Positions 1-12,130 of a DNA stretch of 64,000 nt are shown here, one piece after another (position 1 is the stretch's first letter; each line of letters starts with the position of its first letter). The DNA is from Octopus sinensis (Eukaryota). The position numbers were made by a program, and so were the translations under genes. The stretch covers positions 99,510,001 to 99,574,000 of the forward strand of contig NC_043006.1 in NCBI RefSeq assembly GCF_006345805.1, written 5' to 3'. Below the pieces are notes generated by a model, which was not told where the DNA came from, made no database searches, and saw only the letters and a list, made by a program, of their open reading frames with translations.

Positions 1-109
1 AACGAACAACCCAACTTCAGAATTTTCCCCTCTATAAATCCGGGGACGATGCAACCTATAAAAATTATCCCAAAAAGCCATCTCTACTTCTTTTTTCAAA
101 TATGTTAAA

Positions 110-380
110 ATGTTTCCAGTACTTTCGTTTACTTATTATATACATACATGTGTGTGCTATTGTGCGTGTATGGGTGTGTCTCTTTTTCCCTATAGGTTGA
201 TGTACTTTCTACTTTTTTCGTTCTTTATTTTCTCTGTCTGTACCTTTCTGTTCCTTTCTGTAGAAGAGCGTAGGCCCGAAACGTTAAAGACTGTTTTCCT
301 TTCCGAGCGTTAAGCTAATACATCTGTTTGTTGTCTAGACCACCCGTCTTCGTCTTTTTTTGCGAATTCGTCCTATATAT
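110..380 (+). mobile_element. Penelope-type terminal repeat fragment with degenerate minimal hammerhead-like motif (254-289)
   Basis: cttt-CTGTAGA-a-gagc-gtag-gccc-GAAA-cg-TT-aaag. A related copy lies on the minus strand at ~11736-11902. The core departs from CUGANGA. Confidence 0.4.
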
Positions 381-2016
381 AAATATACCCGTACACCTAC
401 AGCCACCTCTTCAGAAAAAGAGACATACGCACATACACCCACAATAACACAGGCACATGTATATGTATAAACACATACGCTGAAACACATGCATTCATAC
501 ATGTACACACATATAATCACATTGACACAGGCATAGAAATGACATAGACACTTATGCCTAGAAGTAAACGACATGTGTGCATATCTGTATATAATTGATA
601 TCTACATTATGAAAGAATAAACTCATACATATATGCAAAATAATATAAGAGGCTGAAGAATATGAAACATGCAAGAATTCCTCGTGTGTTCGTAAAAAAT
701 ATAGGAATATATATTGATACTCATAAAATGTATGGGAAGAACATAATTGAAGAGATAAATATAAGAGTTATGGCTTGTATAAACTGATAATTTAATATTA
801 AATTTCATCGTTATTATATTATATTAGTATTAAATCTCAGATCATTAATAACATTTATCGCACGAAAGAAATTTAAGATAATTTTTACCACAACATATTT
901 TTGTAATTAGATTGGAAAGGACTTTAAATTATAATTTCCCGTTTGGAACCTTGGAAAGGATTTGGTACGGCTTGAAATTTCTATAGAAATTCACATGTCC
1001 TTAGCCTACAGATAATTTTCCTACTTCCAGTAAATTCGAATGGATTCAAAACAACAAAGAACATTGTTGGATTTCGAATTGAATATATATTCAGAAATAC
1101 ATCAGTTTCCTTTTATAATATTATTTAAAAAATCGAGTAGCATTATATAATTTTAAAATTAGAAGTAGGGCTCATGCAGAACTTAGAGGGGCAGTGACCT
1201 TTTAGAGTACAATCATAAACTAAATCATTAAGTTTGCAGAAATCGTTTAGTGGAAAATTAGCTTTCAATCAACAATTAAATTGGTCTAGTGCTTGTGCAA
1301 GGAAGAGTTATTACATACAGGTAACCTAATTCATATTTTTAATATTTTATTCTTATTTCTAACTTCATTTAGTTTGTCACTAGAGCAAAAATTAAATTTG
1401 TTGCGTTTAAACTATAACATTGATTAGCAGTTTAGTGATTATTAAGACAATGACAACCATTATTACGACCATTGTCATTATTAATGCTTTTGAGATTATC
1501 ATGGTGAGTACAAGCATTATTAATATGATCAATCCAACTCATTCTACAATTATTAACATAATAGATAATATAAATGCTGCAGTCCGCGGGACACTTTGCA
1601 TTAATACGAGATTGTTTACAATAAATATCTTACTTGTTTATTTAATTTGATTTTACTGTAATAGAGGCTAAATTAGATGAGGAGAATATGAAGTTTTACT
1701 TGAAAATGTAACATTACAGCAGGTAATATTTCCTGTTTCCTGTTTCTTTAATCACAACTCATTGATAGCTTATTATCTTCAGTGAGACCAGAGTCATTCA
1801 TTAGTTTTACGTGAATTATTGTGATGCGTGTGGTCAGCGTAAAGGAAATTGGAATCTATTATGTAAAATACCACAGGTATTACAAATACTACAGATATAT
1901 TTAATAAATAGCAAGGTAACATATTTCCAGGATGTGGATGAGAAACGCGTGGTTGTGTCTGTCTCACATGTGTATGTATGAGTATTCGTCTATATGCGTG
2001 TATGTGTGTATGAACA

Positions 2017-2170
<154 letters not shown>

Positions 2171-2171
2171 G

Positions 2172-2460
2172 TGAAAATCTTTATATATAGCCTGCACAGA
2201 GAGTCGTTCGTCGAGGAGCGGCGCCTGCCATACGTTGATAATAGGCAAACACCTTGAAACCTAGGTCCGTATGTGGCATCCGCTTCTTCGGGGAATGATC
2301 TCCCTTTGCAGGCTAGAGGACGCCGTGATGGCGTCAGCCCTCCTGGTGACGTTGATGATCGCCTGGGGCTAAATGCATCAGTAACACCCCCACCGCCCTG
2401 CCCTGTCCCTAGCCACATTCAGATGGCTAACGTCCCTTATGTTATGGAGCAGTTACTGTC
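2172..2460. mobile_element. unclassified GC-rich, hairpin-rich interspersed repeat fragment
   Basis: GC island between microsatellites. Stems: tagcctgca (2188-2196) with tgcaggcta (2307-2315), gacgcc/ggcgtc, tagcca/tggcta. Confidence 0.3.
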
Positions 2461-2530
2461 TATATCTCGTTTAGAGAATTATTATTGCTATATATATATA
2501 TTTATATTTATATTTATATATATATATGTC

Positions 2531-3083
2531 AGGTCAATTTCGAGTGCTACAGGTAACATGTAACCCAGTACAACCTGTTGCATGGTCGGGTCGTCGGCGA
2601 CTAAACCGGCAACCCCACCAAGCTTGCTTGGTGAGGAAGGTGTTTATTGGACACCCTGCGGGATGAAAAACAAAACCCGTTAAAGGGCGGAGGAACTCTT
2701 GAGAGTCAACTGCCATCTTAAGGCTGTATCATGCGCGGCGACATAGAAATAATCGGACTGAATACCCGTTCGCGCGGTTAAACCATTGGGAGTGAAGGAC
2801 TCCTAGCCTCTGTTAGGGCATCCTTCTAGGAGAAGGTAACTCAGGTAACTAGGATAACTCCAATATAAAACCTGCGACTCAGTGGTTACCGATAATGTTG
2901 ACTTTTTTCACATTATGTTGATTTTTTTCACATTATGTCTGCTGTTGCTTAGAGAGTGGGATTGACTCAGTGCACAGCGTTTCCTCACTTTAAACAAAAT
3001 TTTCTTGCACAGGCATTGCACGATAACAACATTAATTAAGTTTCGTGCAATGGCTATACTCGATAACGAGGCGGCAACCACCA
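2531..3083 (+). mobile_element. putative non-autonomous RTE-type derivative (5'UTR-like region joined to a short 3' tail)
   Basis: The motif gttagggcatccttctaggagaaggtaactc resembles RTE 5'UTRs (from recall). It ends in a short acc repeat, is flanked by TA runs and has no ORF. Confidence 0.35.
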
Positions 3084-3245
3084 TATATATATATTAATCA
3101 ATTTAGAGTAGCAAAAAATTCAATAGAAATTATTTTGCCACCAGCGGTCTAGTGAGAAAGAGGAAATAGTCAAAGACTATGAATAAATTCAACAACAATT
3201 GAGGAACGGCTACAATAGGCCGTTCGACCCACTAGAAATAGTAGT

Positions 3246-3277
<32 letters not shown>

Positions 3278-3400
3278 AGTAGATGAATGAATTATCCTAG
3301 TATGGATAATTTGGTTAATAGATACCTGGGTAGCAAATTCACGTCAGTAAAACACGGTTGAAGTTACATGCCAGGGCAGAACCCTGTGTTCGTGTGTGGA

Positions 3401-3557
3401 AATTTGTGTGTTGTTTTATATGAATAAATGAAAAGAATGGAGTCGAACGAAGATTTTAACAAAATTTTAACAAAATATGTCGAAAGTAAAGGAATTTTGT
3501 TAAAATCTTCGTTCGACTCCATTCTTTTCATTTATTCATATAAAACACACACAAATT
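3401..3557. repeat. near-perfect inverted repeat, ~65-bp arms, 26-bp spacer
   Basis: 3401-3466 is the reverse complement of 3493-3557 with one indel. Confidence 0.9.
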
Positions 3558-3558
3558 C

Positions 3559-3622
<64 letters not shown>

Positions 3623-3639
3623 ATGTATGTATGTATGTA

Positions 3640-3696
<57 letters not shown>

Positions 3697-3745
3697 TATA
3701 TATATATATATATGTATGTACGTATGTATGTATGTATGCATGTAT
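3559..3745. repeat. (TA)n/(TATG)n microsatellite
   Basis: direct reading. Confidence 0.95.
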
Positions 3746-4617
3746 AATAAGAACACAATTGAGTTAAATTTCGCTACAACTATTTCAGAGAAAAAATATT
3801 ATTTGCTGTGGATTGACACCCTCAGTTAGGCATCTTTGAAGAGAATGCAAATACATCAAGGGTTGGCTAGGTTTAAGATTCTTTAATGTCAGAGGTCTTT
3901 TGTCCATAGAATATTCATCGAACGTTGCCACAATTAATTTATTTATTTAAATGGGACTAGATATATAACTAGAGATAAATAGGTGAGAGTAAAAATAAGG
4001 GTGGGGTGTGAAGAGAGAATGAAAGAGTGTTTAACAGATGCTATCAAAGTGATTGTTCTGGTGATAGAATTATTATTACTACAACACTATAATCTATCGA
4101 AATCAGTACGTAGATGGTAACACATACAAACAAAAGCCACAATTACATGCATTTATTATACACACACATATACACATAGAAACTTATAAGAATATATACA
4201 GGTGCACACGTATGCTTACGCGTACACACACCACACACATATATATATATATATATACAAGCAAACCAACACATATACATATATATATGTGTGTTTTCTG
4301 TGTGTGTTGTTTGCTTGTGTGTCTTTATATAAATTTGTACTTATAAATTTCGTGTTTGTATAGACGACATTTAGTTGATGAGAAGGACACGTAAATATTA
4401 ATATATTAAAATTTCACATTTAACATATAGTATCTGATAGATGACATTATATTTAAAGGTCCGTGTCGAACAGGAGGATGCACGAAAATGATACAGAAAA
4501 ACAAAAGAGAAAGTAAAAACAAATAATGGAAATATTCTATAAAGAAAACGGTTGGAAATAAGTAAACAAAGAAGCATAACCGTGTGAGAAGAAGGAAGGT
4601 AGAAACACATATAAAAA

Positions 4618-4875
<258 letters not shown>

Positions 4876-5099
4876 CGCCAGACAGACAGGAATCAGACAG
4901 ACAGATAGAGTGCTAGAGAGAAGGGAAGATAGAAATCAATAAAGAAAGAAAGAAAGACAGAAGAAAAACATGCAAAGAACAAAGGAAAAGGAGAAAGAGA
5001 GAGAACAAAATGAATCTTTCTTTTTTGAGCTACGGAATTAGTAGAGAGAATAATGTACGGTATAAAGTACTTGAGTAAATGCAAAATATATTTTTGCAA

Positions 5100-5496
5100 T
5101 AAAATATGCTCCTGCGCAACGGTAACAAATAGCCCAGAATTCCCATTTCCTCCTCAGTCTATTAGAAGGAGTCGTACGACAACATAGAACTCCGTTTGGA
5201 AACTCTCAAGTATATCCAGTACCAGTGGAGACTCTGCAGGGATCTCAAGATCATTGGACTTCTTATGGCTATGCAAGTGGGCTTCACAAGGTGCTGTTGC
5301 TTTCTCTGTATCTGGGACAGTGGGGCTATGTCCAAGCACTACAAACAGAAGTACTGGGGATTGAGGAGCACTTTTATGCCTGGTGAACACGGAAAGTCCT
5401 GAAGAATTCTGCGAAAGCTTTGAACAAAAGTGGCGCTAACTTCCAGTACACGTGCACTCTGTTCCCAGCTCTGAGTTATGCTAATCTCAAAGAGAG
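5100..5496 (+). pseudogene. Chapaev3-like (CMC superfamily) transposase remnant, 5' part
   Basis: Translates LLRNGNK*PRIPI...KESYDNIE...YQWRLCRDLKIIGLLMAMQVGFTRCCCFLCIWDS...[23 protein letters not shown]. Contains the CxxC (CFLC) motif. Has stops, and the LPPLH segment is deleted. Confidence 0.75.
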
Positions 5497-5545
5497 ATAT
5501 ATAGATAGATAGATAGAAGATAGATAGATAGATAGATAGATAGAT

Positions 5546-5599
<54 letters not shown>

Positions 5600-5617
5600 C
5601 AAAGCGGTAGATGGATG

Positions 5618-5662
<45 letters not shown>

Positions 5663-5673
5663 TTAGATAGATA
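5497..5673. repeat. (GATA)n tract, interrupted; flank at the 3' end of the LINE
   Basis: direct reading. Confidence 0.95.
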
Positions 5674-5984
5674 ACTTTTTATTGTAGCCACACAGGGCTA
5701 AACACAGAATAAAAATGGACGAAATACAATGTAGAATTTTTTCTATTCGAGGTGGGATGGGTGGGTCCAAAAAAAAACCAAAAAAAAACAAAACAAAAAC
5801 GTTTGATCAATAGGGATCTGTGGGTTGTGTGGTGTATAAAAAAGCAATATATATATATATATAGAAGGTTCACAGTTTAGGTGTAGTCTTGGAAAGAAAA
5901 CCTACAAAAAAGACCAAGGTCACCTCAGACAATTCGAAAAAGAACACATGAGTAAGTCGCCTTACTTCTCGTTGTCTCTTTTGG

Positions 5985-8540
5985 TTACAGATTTATGCTT
6001 AAAATAGTGTCGCCTTTCATACTGACCATTTTTGCCACTTTTACCCACTTTTTATTAAAACATTCGTTCGACAAAGCCTTCCTCTCTATTCTCATCCTCC
6101 TTTTCAAGTGGTACTTGAAAAAGTTGACGAGAGACTGACCAGAGAGGAAGGTGTTTGTTTGCAGTCCTTTCAAACGCGTCCACCACACACATTCTTTCGC
6201 CATAGCCATCAGCATAACGAAAACCGTTTTCCCTTCCCGTTTAAAGGAAGCTGGTGGAACAATATTCAGAATAGACTCGGCCGATAGGCGAGCCTGACCT
6301 ACACGTGACAACAGCTGTTCGACGAAGGACCACAGCTCTGAAATATCTGGACACTGCACGAGTGCGTGCAGAACGGTTTCGTCGCTCTGACCGCATCTCG
6401 GGCAGGTCGGTCCGGTGATGGTTTTCGAACCGTGTCTGTAGCTCTTCTCTCGAACAGGTAGTGCGTCTCGATAGCACTGCCAAGCCAGGGATTTCTGGAA
6501 GTTATCCATAGGCCCCGGCCCGAACGTCGTTCTGAACAGGCGGGTTAGGAATTCCTCGTCGACGCCCAGGTTTGCCCCGAGTGTGTCGTCGGACCTCCCC
6601 TCCACTAGTCCTCTATAGAACGCTTTAGTCGTTTGGAAGTTGCACAAGTTCGACCCCGGTCGGCAGAGCTGCTGTAGAGCTTGGCGACACTCTCGGTGCC
6701 AATCGCCCAGTTTAAGTCTCTTTTTGATCCACGTTTGCAGTTCGGTCAGTGAGACGAGCTGCGGGAAGTCGCGCCTCACGAACGGCGCCCACACCTGTTC
6801 ACCGTCGTCGATGAATTTCCAGAGATGTCGCAGTCTCAGCGCATGCCTGCGCATCATCAACCACGGCATGCCCAGTCCTCCATTCAACGGATGTTGACAG
6901 CAAATGGACTTCCTCACCATCGGAACGCCACCCTTCCACAGGAAGCGGAATCGATCAGACGGTCAGGCGGTAATCGATGACAGATGCGATGTACGCGTTC
7001 GCCACCTCCGCCCGGCCTTTTAGAGACAGCTTTCTCTCGGCCCATGTTTGGCTGAGAGCGACCACTCTACTCGTGATCTCGTCCCAGTTCTTATCCATTT
7101 GGAGGTCCGGACTGAACCAGACCCCGAGCAATTTAACCGGTCCGTCCGTCCAGCGTCCCACTACTGAGCCGCAGTCGGACGGCATGGGCTTGCTTCTCCA
7201 GGTGCCGAGTAGCAAACCCACTGACTTTTCCGGGTTAATCTTTGCTCCCGTCACCGTTTCGTATTTTCTTAGTGTCTCGCCTATCATCTTGATGTGTTTG
7301 TCGCTCGACACTATGACGGTGACATCGTCCGCATATGCCGACACGCTCGTCCGCAACCCAGTTCCCGTGGGATGCCCCTCAGTGTCGCCAGCTTCCGCAG
7401 TAGCGGCTCGAGAGTCATTACATACAGAAGCGCCGACAGGGGACACCCCTGACGGACCGAACGCGTGATGTCAAACGGTTTCGACAGGTGACCGTTCACC
7501 CGAATCACCGATCGGATGCCGCTATACAAGGCAGCGATCCAGCCGCGGAAGACGGGACCGAAGCCAGCCGCCCTGAGGACGGCCGCCAAGTACCGATGGT
7601 CGACCCTATCGAAGGCTTTAGACTGATCCAAATTTATCAGCGACCCACCCATGCCAGGATCCTTAACTACCCTGTCCACAATGTAGCGCATCAGATGGAG
7701 GTTGTCATGTATGGTTCTGCCGGCACGGCGCATGTTTGCGCCCTGTCGACCAGTTTACCAATGACAAGCGCCAACCTCTCGGCTATTACTTTGGCCAAAA
7801 TTTTGAAATCTGCGTTGAGCAGAGTGATGGGCCTGAAATTATCTATAAAATTCCCCTTGTTTGAGTTTCTTCAGCAACGTCACTGCACCTCGGCTCACGA
7901 AACCGGGGATTCTCCCGTTTTGTTGCCAGTTGCAGTAGACTGATGCCAAGAGGTCGCCAAACAAGTCTGGCATTCGACAATACAGCTCGTAGGGTAAACC
8001 ATCCAATCCAGGCGACTTATCCCTCGCGCAGCCCGCCATCGCATCCCACACGTCAGCGGCTGTGATGGGACTTTCACAACACTCCGCTTCTCTTGCCGAG
8101 AGCCGCGGCATGTCGGTCATCAGGTAGGCACTGAAATCCATCCTCGTTCCGACCCACCACTCGCACCAAACAGTCGAGCAAAGTGCTGTTGAAAGGCCTC
8201 ACACCCTTTCGGGTTCGAGTAAACTGCATCCCTGTTGATCTATTAGAGACCGAATGGTTGATCTGTTGCCACGCTGCGCCTCCGCTATCCGGGCCTCTCG
8301 CGCAGCTTCATCCCTTCGTTCCTTAAGGCACGCATTTTAGCTCTGACGACGCAACCTTCGTGCTTGGCGTTGAGGTGTTGGTCGAGGGCCATCCTCGCAG
8401 CCAGCACGTTGGTTGCGCTGCCAGTGGTAAGTGCCTCTTCTAGTTTCTTAACTAAGTCTCCCTCTACTCTATTTCGTTCTATCGCTAATTCCTTGCTAAA
8501 CCTAATTGATTCCGATTTTATTGCCATTTTCAGGTCATCT
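5985..8540 (-). pseudogene. LINE ORF2 (reverse transcriptase plus C-terminal CCHC), frameshifted, no AP endonuclease
   Basis: Motifs KSPGLDGLPYELY, RPITLLNADFKILAK, LDQSKAFDRVDH, SVRQGCPLS, SAYADD, FRFLWKG, GGLGMP and CPRC-x8-H-x4-C. Frameshifts near 8285, 7850, 7735 and 7350, and a small deletion near 6955. Confidence 0.92.
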
Positions 8541-10228
8541 TCACAGACGACCATGTTAGATTCGATGTAGTCCATTAATTCTTTATTGTCTGTGTCTATT
8601 GCAGTTAGTTGTGTGTGTGGTTTTACGGGTTCATTACGTTTTTGATTGTCTAGGGGGATGTTGTCCTGAGTTAGATATCTCCCTGCTTTACTTCCTTGTT
8701 TGGTGGATTTTTTGGATCTTTTTCTTTTACCCCCTGTGGCTATTTGCCATTCCGTCGAACTTTCGTCGTCCGACGTATCAGTATGGGGTAGAGGCAAAGC
8801 ATTTGCATTACTATGTATGCTTGTATAAATTGTTGATGTTTTGTGCGGTGTTTGTGTTGTTGTGGTGTTAGGGGTAGCATTTGTCTTCTCGTCAGTGTTT
8901 TCTGTCTTTTTAATTGTCGTCCTGGGTGTGGGCGTGGGTATATTTTTTGTTAATTCAACAGGTTTAATTGGTTGTGAAGTCAACGGTGATTGTGTTGGTA
9001 CTGTTTTTCTTGGTGATGTTGTTGGGGTTTGTTTGCTGGCTTGTTGTTTTTCTTGGCATTGTTCCATAATTGAGTGTGTTGGTGTTGGTGTTGGCAACAA
9101 AGGGATTTTATTTGTTTTCTGATTTGTTCTTTCTTATTTTTTCTGTACCAGATCGCACTTGGCAATCAAATGTTCGGGGCTTCCACATTTGTAGCATCTA
9201 GGCTTTTTGCCTTCTGCCATAACATATAGGCATTGCCCATTCTCCAAGTATATCTTGTCGGGTAGGCTCTCGATAGAGGCCCCCTCAATCTGGATGGTCA
9301 CCACTACTGTTTTTCCACCCAAATTGTCGTTTAGGTACACGGCTGTTTCTAAAATATTGATCTTTTTCAAGTGGTAACAGATTGCCCCTGTTATATATTT
9401 GTTCGGCATATCGGGGGGTACATTTCTGATAGTAATTCTACTCACCCTCTGGTTTTTATAATAAGGGACCATGATGATTTCATCATTTCCCAGAGACTCA
9501 GTAGAGTGAGCTTTTGCCACTTCCTGGTTAGGGAAGCGGACCACTACTGTGTTAAACTGGGGACACCAGTTTATATACTCTTTTTCTTTCATTATGTTTT
9601 TTAAACATTTCTCCACATCAGTTTTTGTAATCTGTTCATTTGTTTTGTTTTTTTCTAATAATTTTATATACAATTGTCTTATTTTCTATTTCTTGTTTTA
9701 TATGTTGAGGTGTATGCAGCACTAAATCTTGTCCACGGGTTGTAAAGAGAGCTCTTGTCTCTATGAGCTCTTCATTTGTAAATGTCACAATTTCCTTCTT
9801 CTGGCGAAGAATGTCTGCGAAATTTACTGATGTTGTTGATTTTTTTGTATTAACATCTTCACTATTAGATAGTTCATTTTTATTGTTGTTCTTGTTGTTG
9901 CTGTTGTTTTTGTCAATAGTTTTCGTTTCAGTTTTTTTTTATCATTTAGGTTGGTCGTAGTAGTGGTGGTGGTGGTGGTGGAGGTGGTGGTGGTGGTGGT
10001 GGAGGTGTTGGTGGTAGCAGTTGTTGTCTCGTGGTTGCTGTTGTTAGTGTTGGTGGTGGCGGTGGTGACAGGGCTGTTAACGCACGTGGTTGCAGCGTTC
10101 ATTTCACCGAATTTTACGTTTGCATTTTCCGTGCGAACGTTCTTTTTTTTCTCTATCGTTTCCAGACTAGGAAAATGTTGTTCCATAAAAGAACGCGACC
10201 AGCGTTCAACAATAAAATTTCTAGACAT
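8541..10228 (-). pseudogene. LINE ORF1 (gag-like nucleic-acid-binding protein), disrupted
   Basis: ORFs 9824-10228, 9134-9673 and the 5' part of 8285-9100 join through a poly-A frameshift (~9935) and an in-frame TAA (9134-9136). Contains the zinc knuckle CYKCGSPEHLIAKC, Thr-rich tracts and WQIATGGKRKR. Confidence 0.8.
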
Positions 10229-10400
10229 TTTCTAATGTCGAGAAGAAAATCACAGAAATGAAATGGGGTCGAAACTGCCCCTAGGGGCGAATTCCTCCCT
10301 TGGAAAAGCACTCAAACGAAAGTTGGTTGCCTTACACACCTTATTTGCAAAAATCTACACAAAAATTACCTTCGGAGCTGAACTGACATCACATCCGTCA

Positions 10401-10498
<98 letters not shown>
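10401..10498. repeat. pure (GATA)n tract; flank at the 5' end of the LINE
   Basis: direct reading. Confidence 0.97.
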
Positions 10499-11120
10499 CT
10501 TCATCGAACCTCAAATCCGAGAGGTGTTGAAGTATAAGGACATTGAAGAGCTTCTTTCAATATAGGAACTGAGGGCATGGAAAGCATTTAAATCATTCAG
10601 CCCTAGTTTTCTTGGTAACACACAGTTACTAGATTACCAACCGTGTATAGAGAAGTTGTTAGAGTCTTCTGAGGATATGTATGCCGAATGTCATTCAAAA
10701 TTCCCTTTCTCCACTCCCAAGTCAACTTCTACTTTCCAAAGCTCGGAGCAGTGAGTGATGTGCATGGAGAAAGATTCCATCAAAATATTACTAGGATGAA
10801 GAGCAACTACTATGGCAAGTGGAACCCCAGTATGATGGGGGACTTTTGCTGGATGCAGTTGCGTGATATCGCGGAAGAAAAGTACATAAGGTCATCCAAA
10901 AACTCACTTCTACCTGTTTGATGAACTATGATCTGTGTGATTTGTATAATCCAAGTAATTTACTTCGATCAATGTTCTGTGCCTATGCTATTTTTTCTGT
11001 AATATGCCTTTCTTACAGATGAAATAAATAAATATTTTGAATTTATATGCAGCATAATTAAAATGGGATATCTGAAAGCACAAAAACTAGAGATGATGGA
11101 GCAAAACTGTTATTTTAGTA
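10499..11120 (+). pseudogene. Chapaev3-like transposase remnant, 3' part and subterminal region
   Basis: Translates FIEPQIREVL...AWKAFK..FLGN...MSFKIPFLHSQVNFYFPKLGAVSDVHGERFHQNI...GKWNPSMMGDFCW. This continues the 5100-5496 protein. Confidence 0.8.
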
Positions 11121-11735
11121 ATATTATTTGCACTTCTATAACGTTTCCGACTAAGCTAACTGCAAGTTTCCTGATCGAAAATAGTATCTGAAATGGTGAC
11201 ACGTTTAGAGATCTTAACAGCTGTGGCTGTTATATACATATTCCGAAAGAGTATAATGATGTTTATCATGAATTCGTGAATATGTAACATCCATTCATGT
11301 ATATACTCAAAATGAATTGGGAAATTCTTTATGTAAAGTGTATATATATACTTGCTTATGTCATTGTATGTGTGTGGAGATGTGCGCGCGTGTTAGATTT
11401 AATGCTGGTGTTTATGTATACATTCAAGTAAAATTAGTATTATGTAGACATGATTGTATGTATGGATGGATGGATGGATTGGTGGATGGTTGGATAGATG
11501 CATGTATGTATACTTGTATGTATATAAGTTGGAATGTACGGCAAATATGTACGAAGACAGAAAATGAAAGCAATTGCGTTAGTAATACTAAAAAGATGCG
11601 TCATGTAATAACGACGAATGCTTGAATTCATGATTTCAAACGTACATGTATATATATATGCATGCGTATCTATCTATACTCAAGAATGTACACAGGTAAG
11701 TACATGTATATGTATATATGTATATATATATAGGG

Positions 11736-11902
11736 AGAGTTTACGAAAAAAAAGAAGAAAAAAGATAGGTGGTGTACAAAACAAACAGGTGTATTAGTAT
11801 AAAGCTCAGGAAGAGAAACATTCTCTTACGTTTCGAGGCCACGCTATTCTACAGAAAGGGACAGAGAAAAAACAAGGAGAGAAAACTAAGTTGTGGCTTA
11901 CG
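11736..11902 (-). mobile_element. Penelope-type terminal repeat fragment, same family as 110-380
   Basis: Reverse complement reads ctttCTGTAGAatagcgtggcctcGAAAcgTAagag, followed by cttcctgagc...actaatacacctgtttgt. Confidence 0.4.
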
Positions 11903-11991
<89 letters not shown>

Positions 11992-12033
11992 ACTATCTAA
12001 CTATCTATCTATCTATATATATATATTATATAT

Positions 12034-12083
<50 letters not shown>

Positions 12084-12130
12084 CATGTATGTATGCATCT
12101 ATGTATATCATGTATGTATGTATCTATGTA
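11903..12130. repeat. (TATC)n-(TA)n-(TATG)n microsatellite
   Basis: direct reading. Confidence 0.95.

Larger units (their letters stand above)
5674..10400 (-). mobile_element. Tx1/L1-clade non-LTR retrotransposon, apparently with both ends, internally deleted
   Basis: Has ORF1 with a CCHC knuckle, ORF2 RT and a C-terminal zinc motif, and a 3'UTR ending AATAAAAAG directly against (TATC)n. (GATA)n lies on both sides. Confidence 0.9.

Noticed and set aside
6640-10261. Plus-strand ORFs over the LINE
   Set aside because: Antisense shadows of ORF1 and ORF2.
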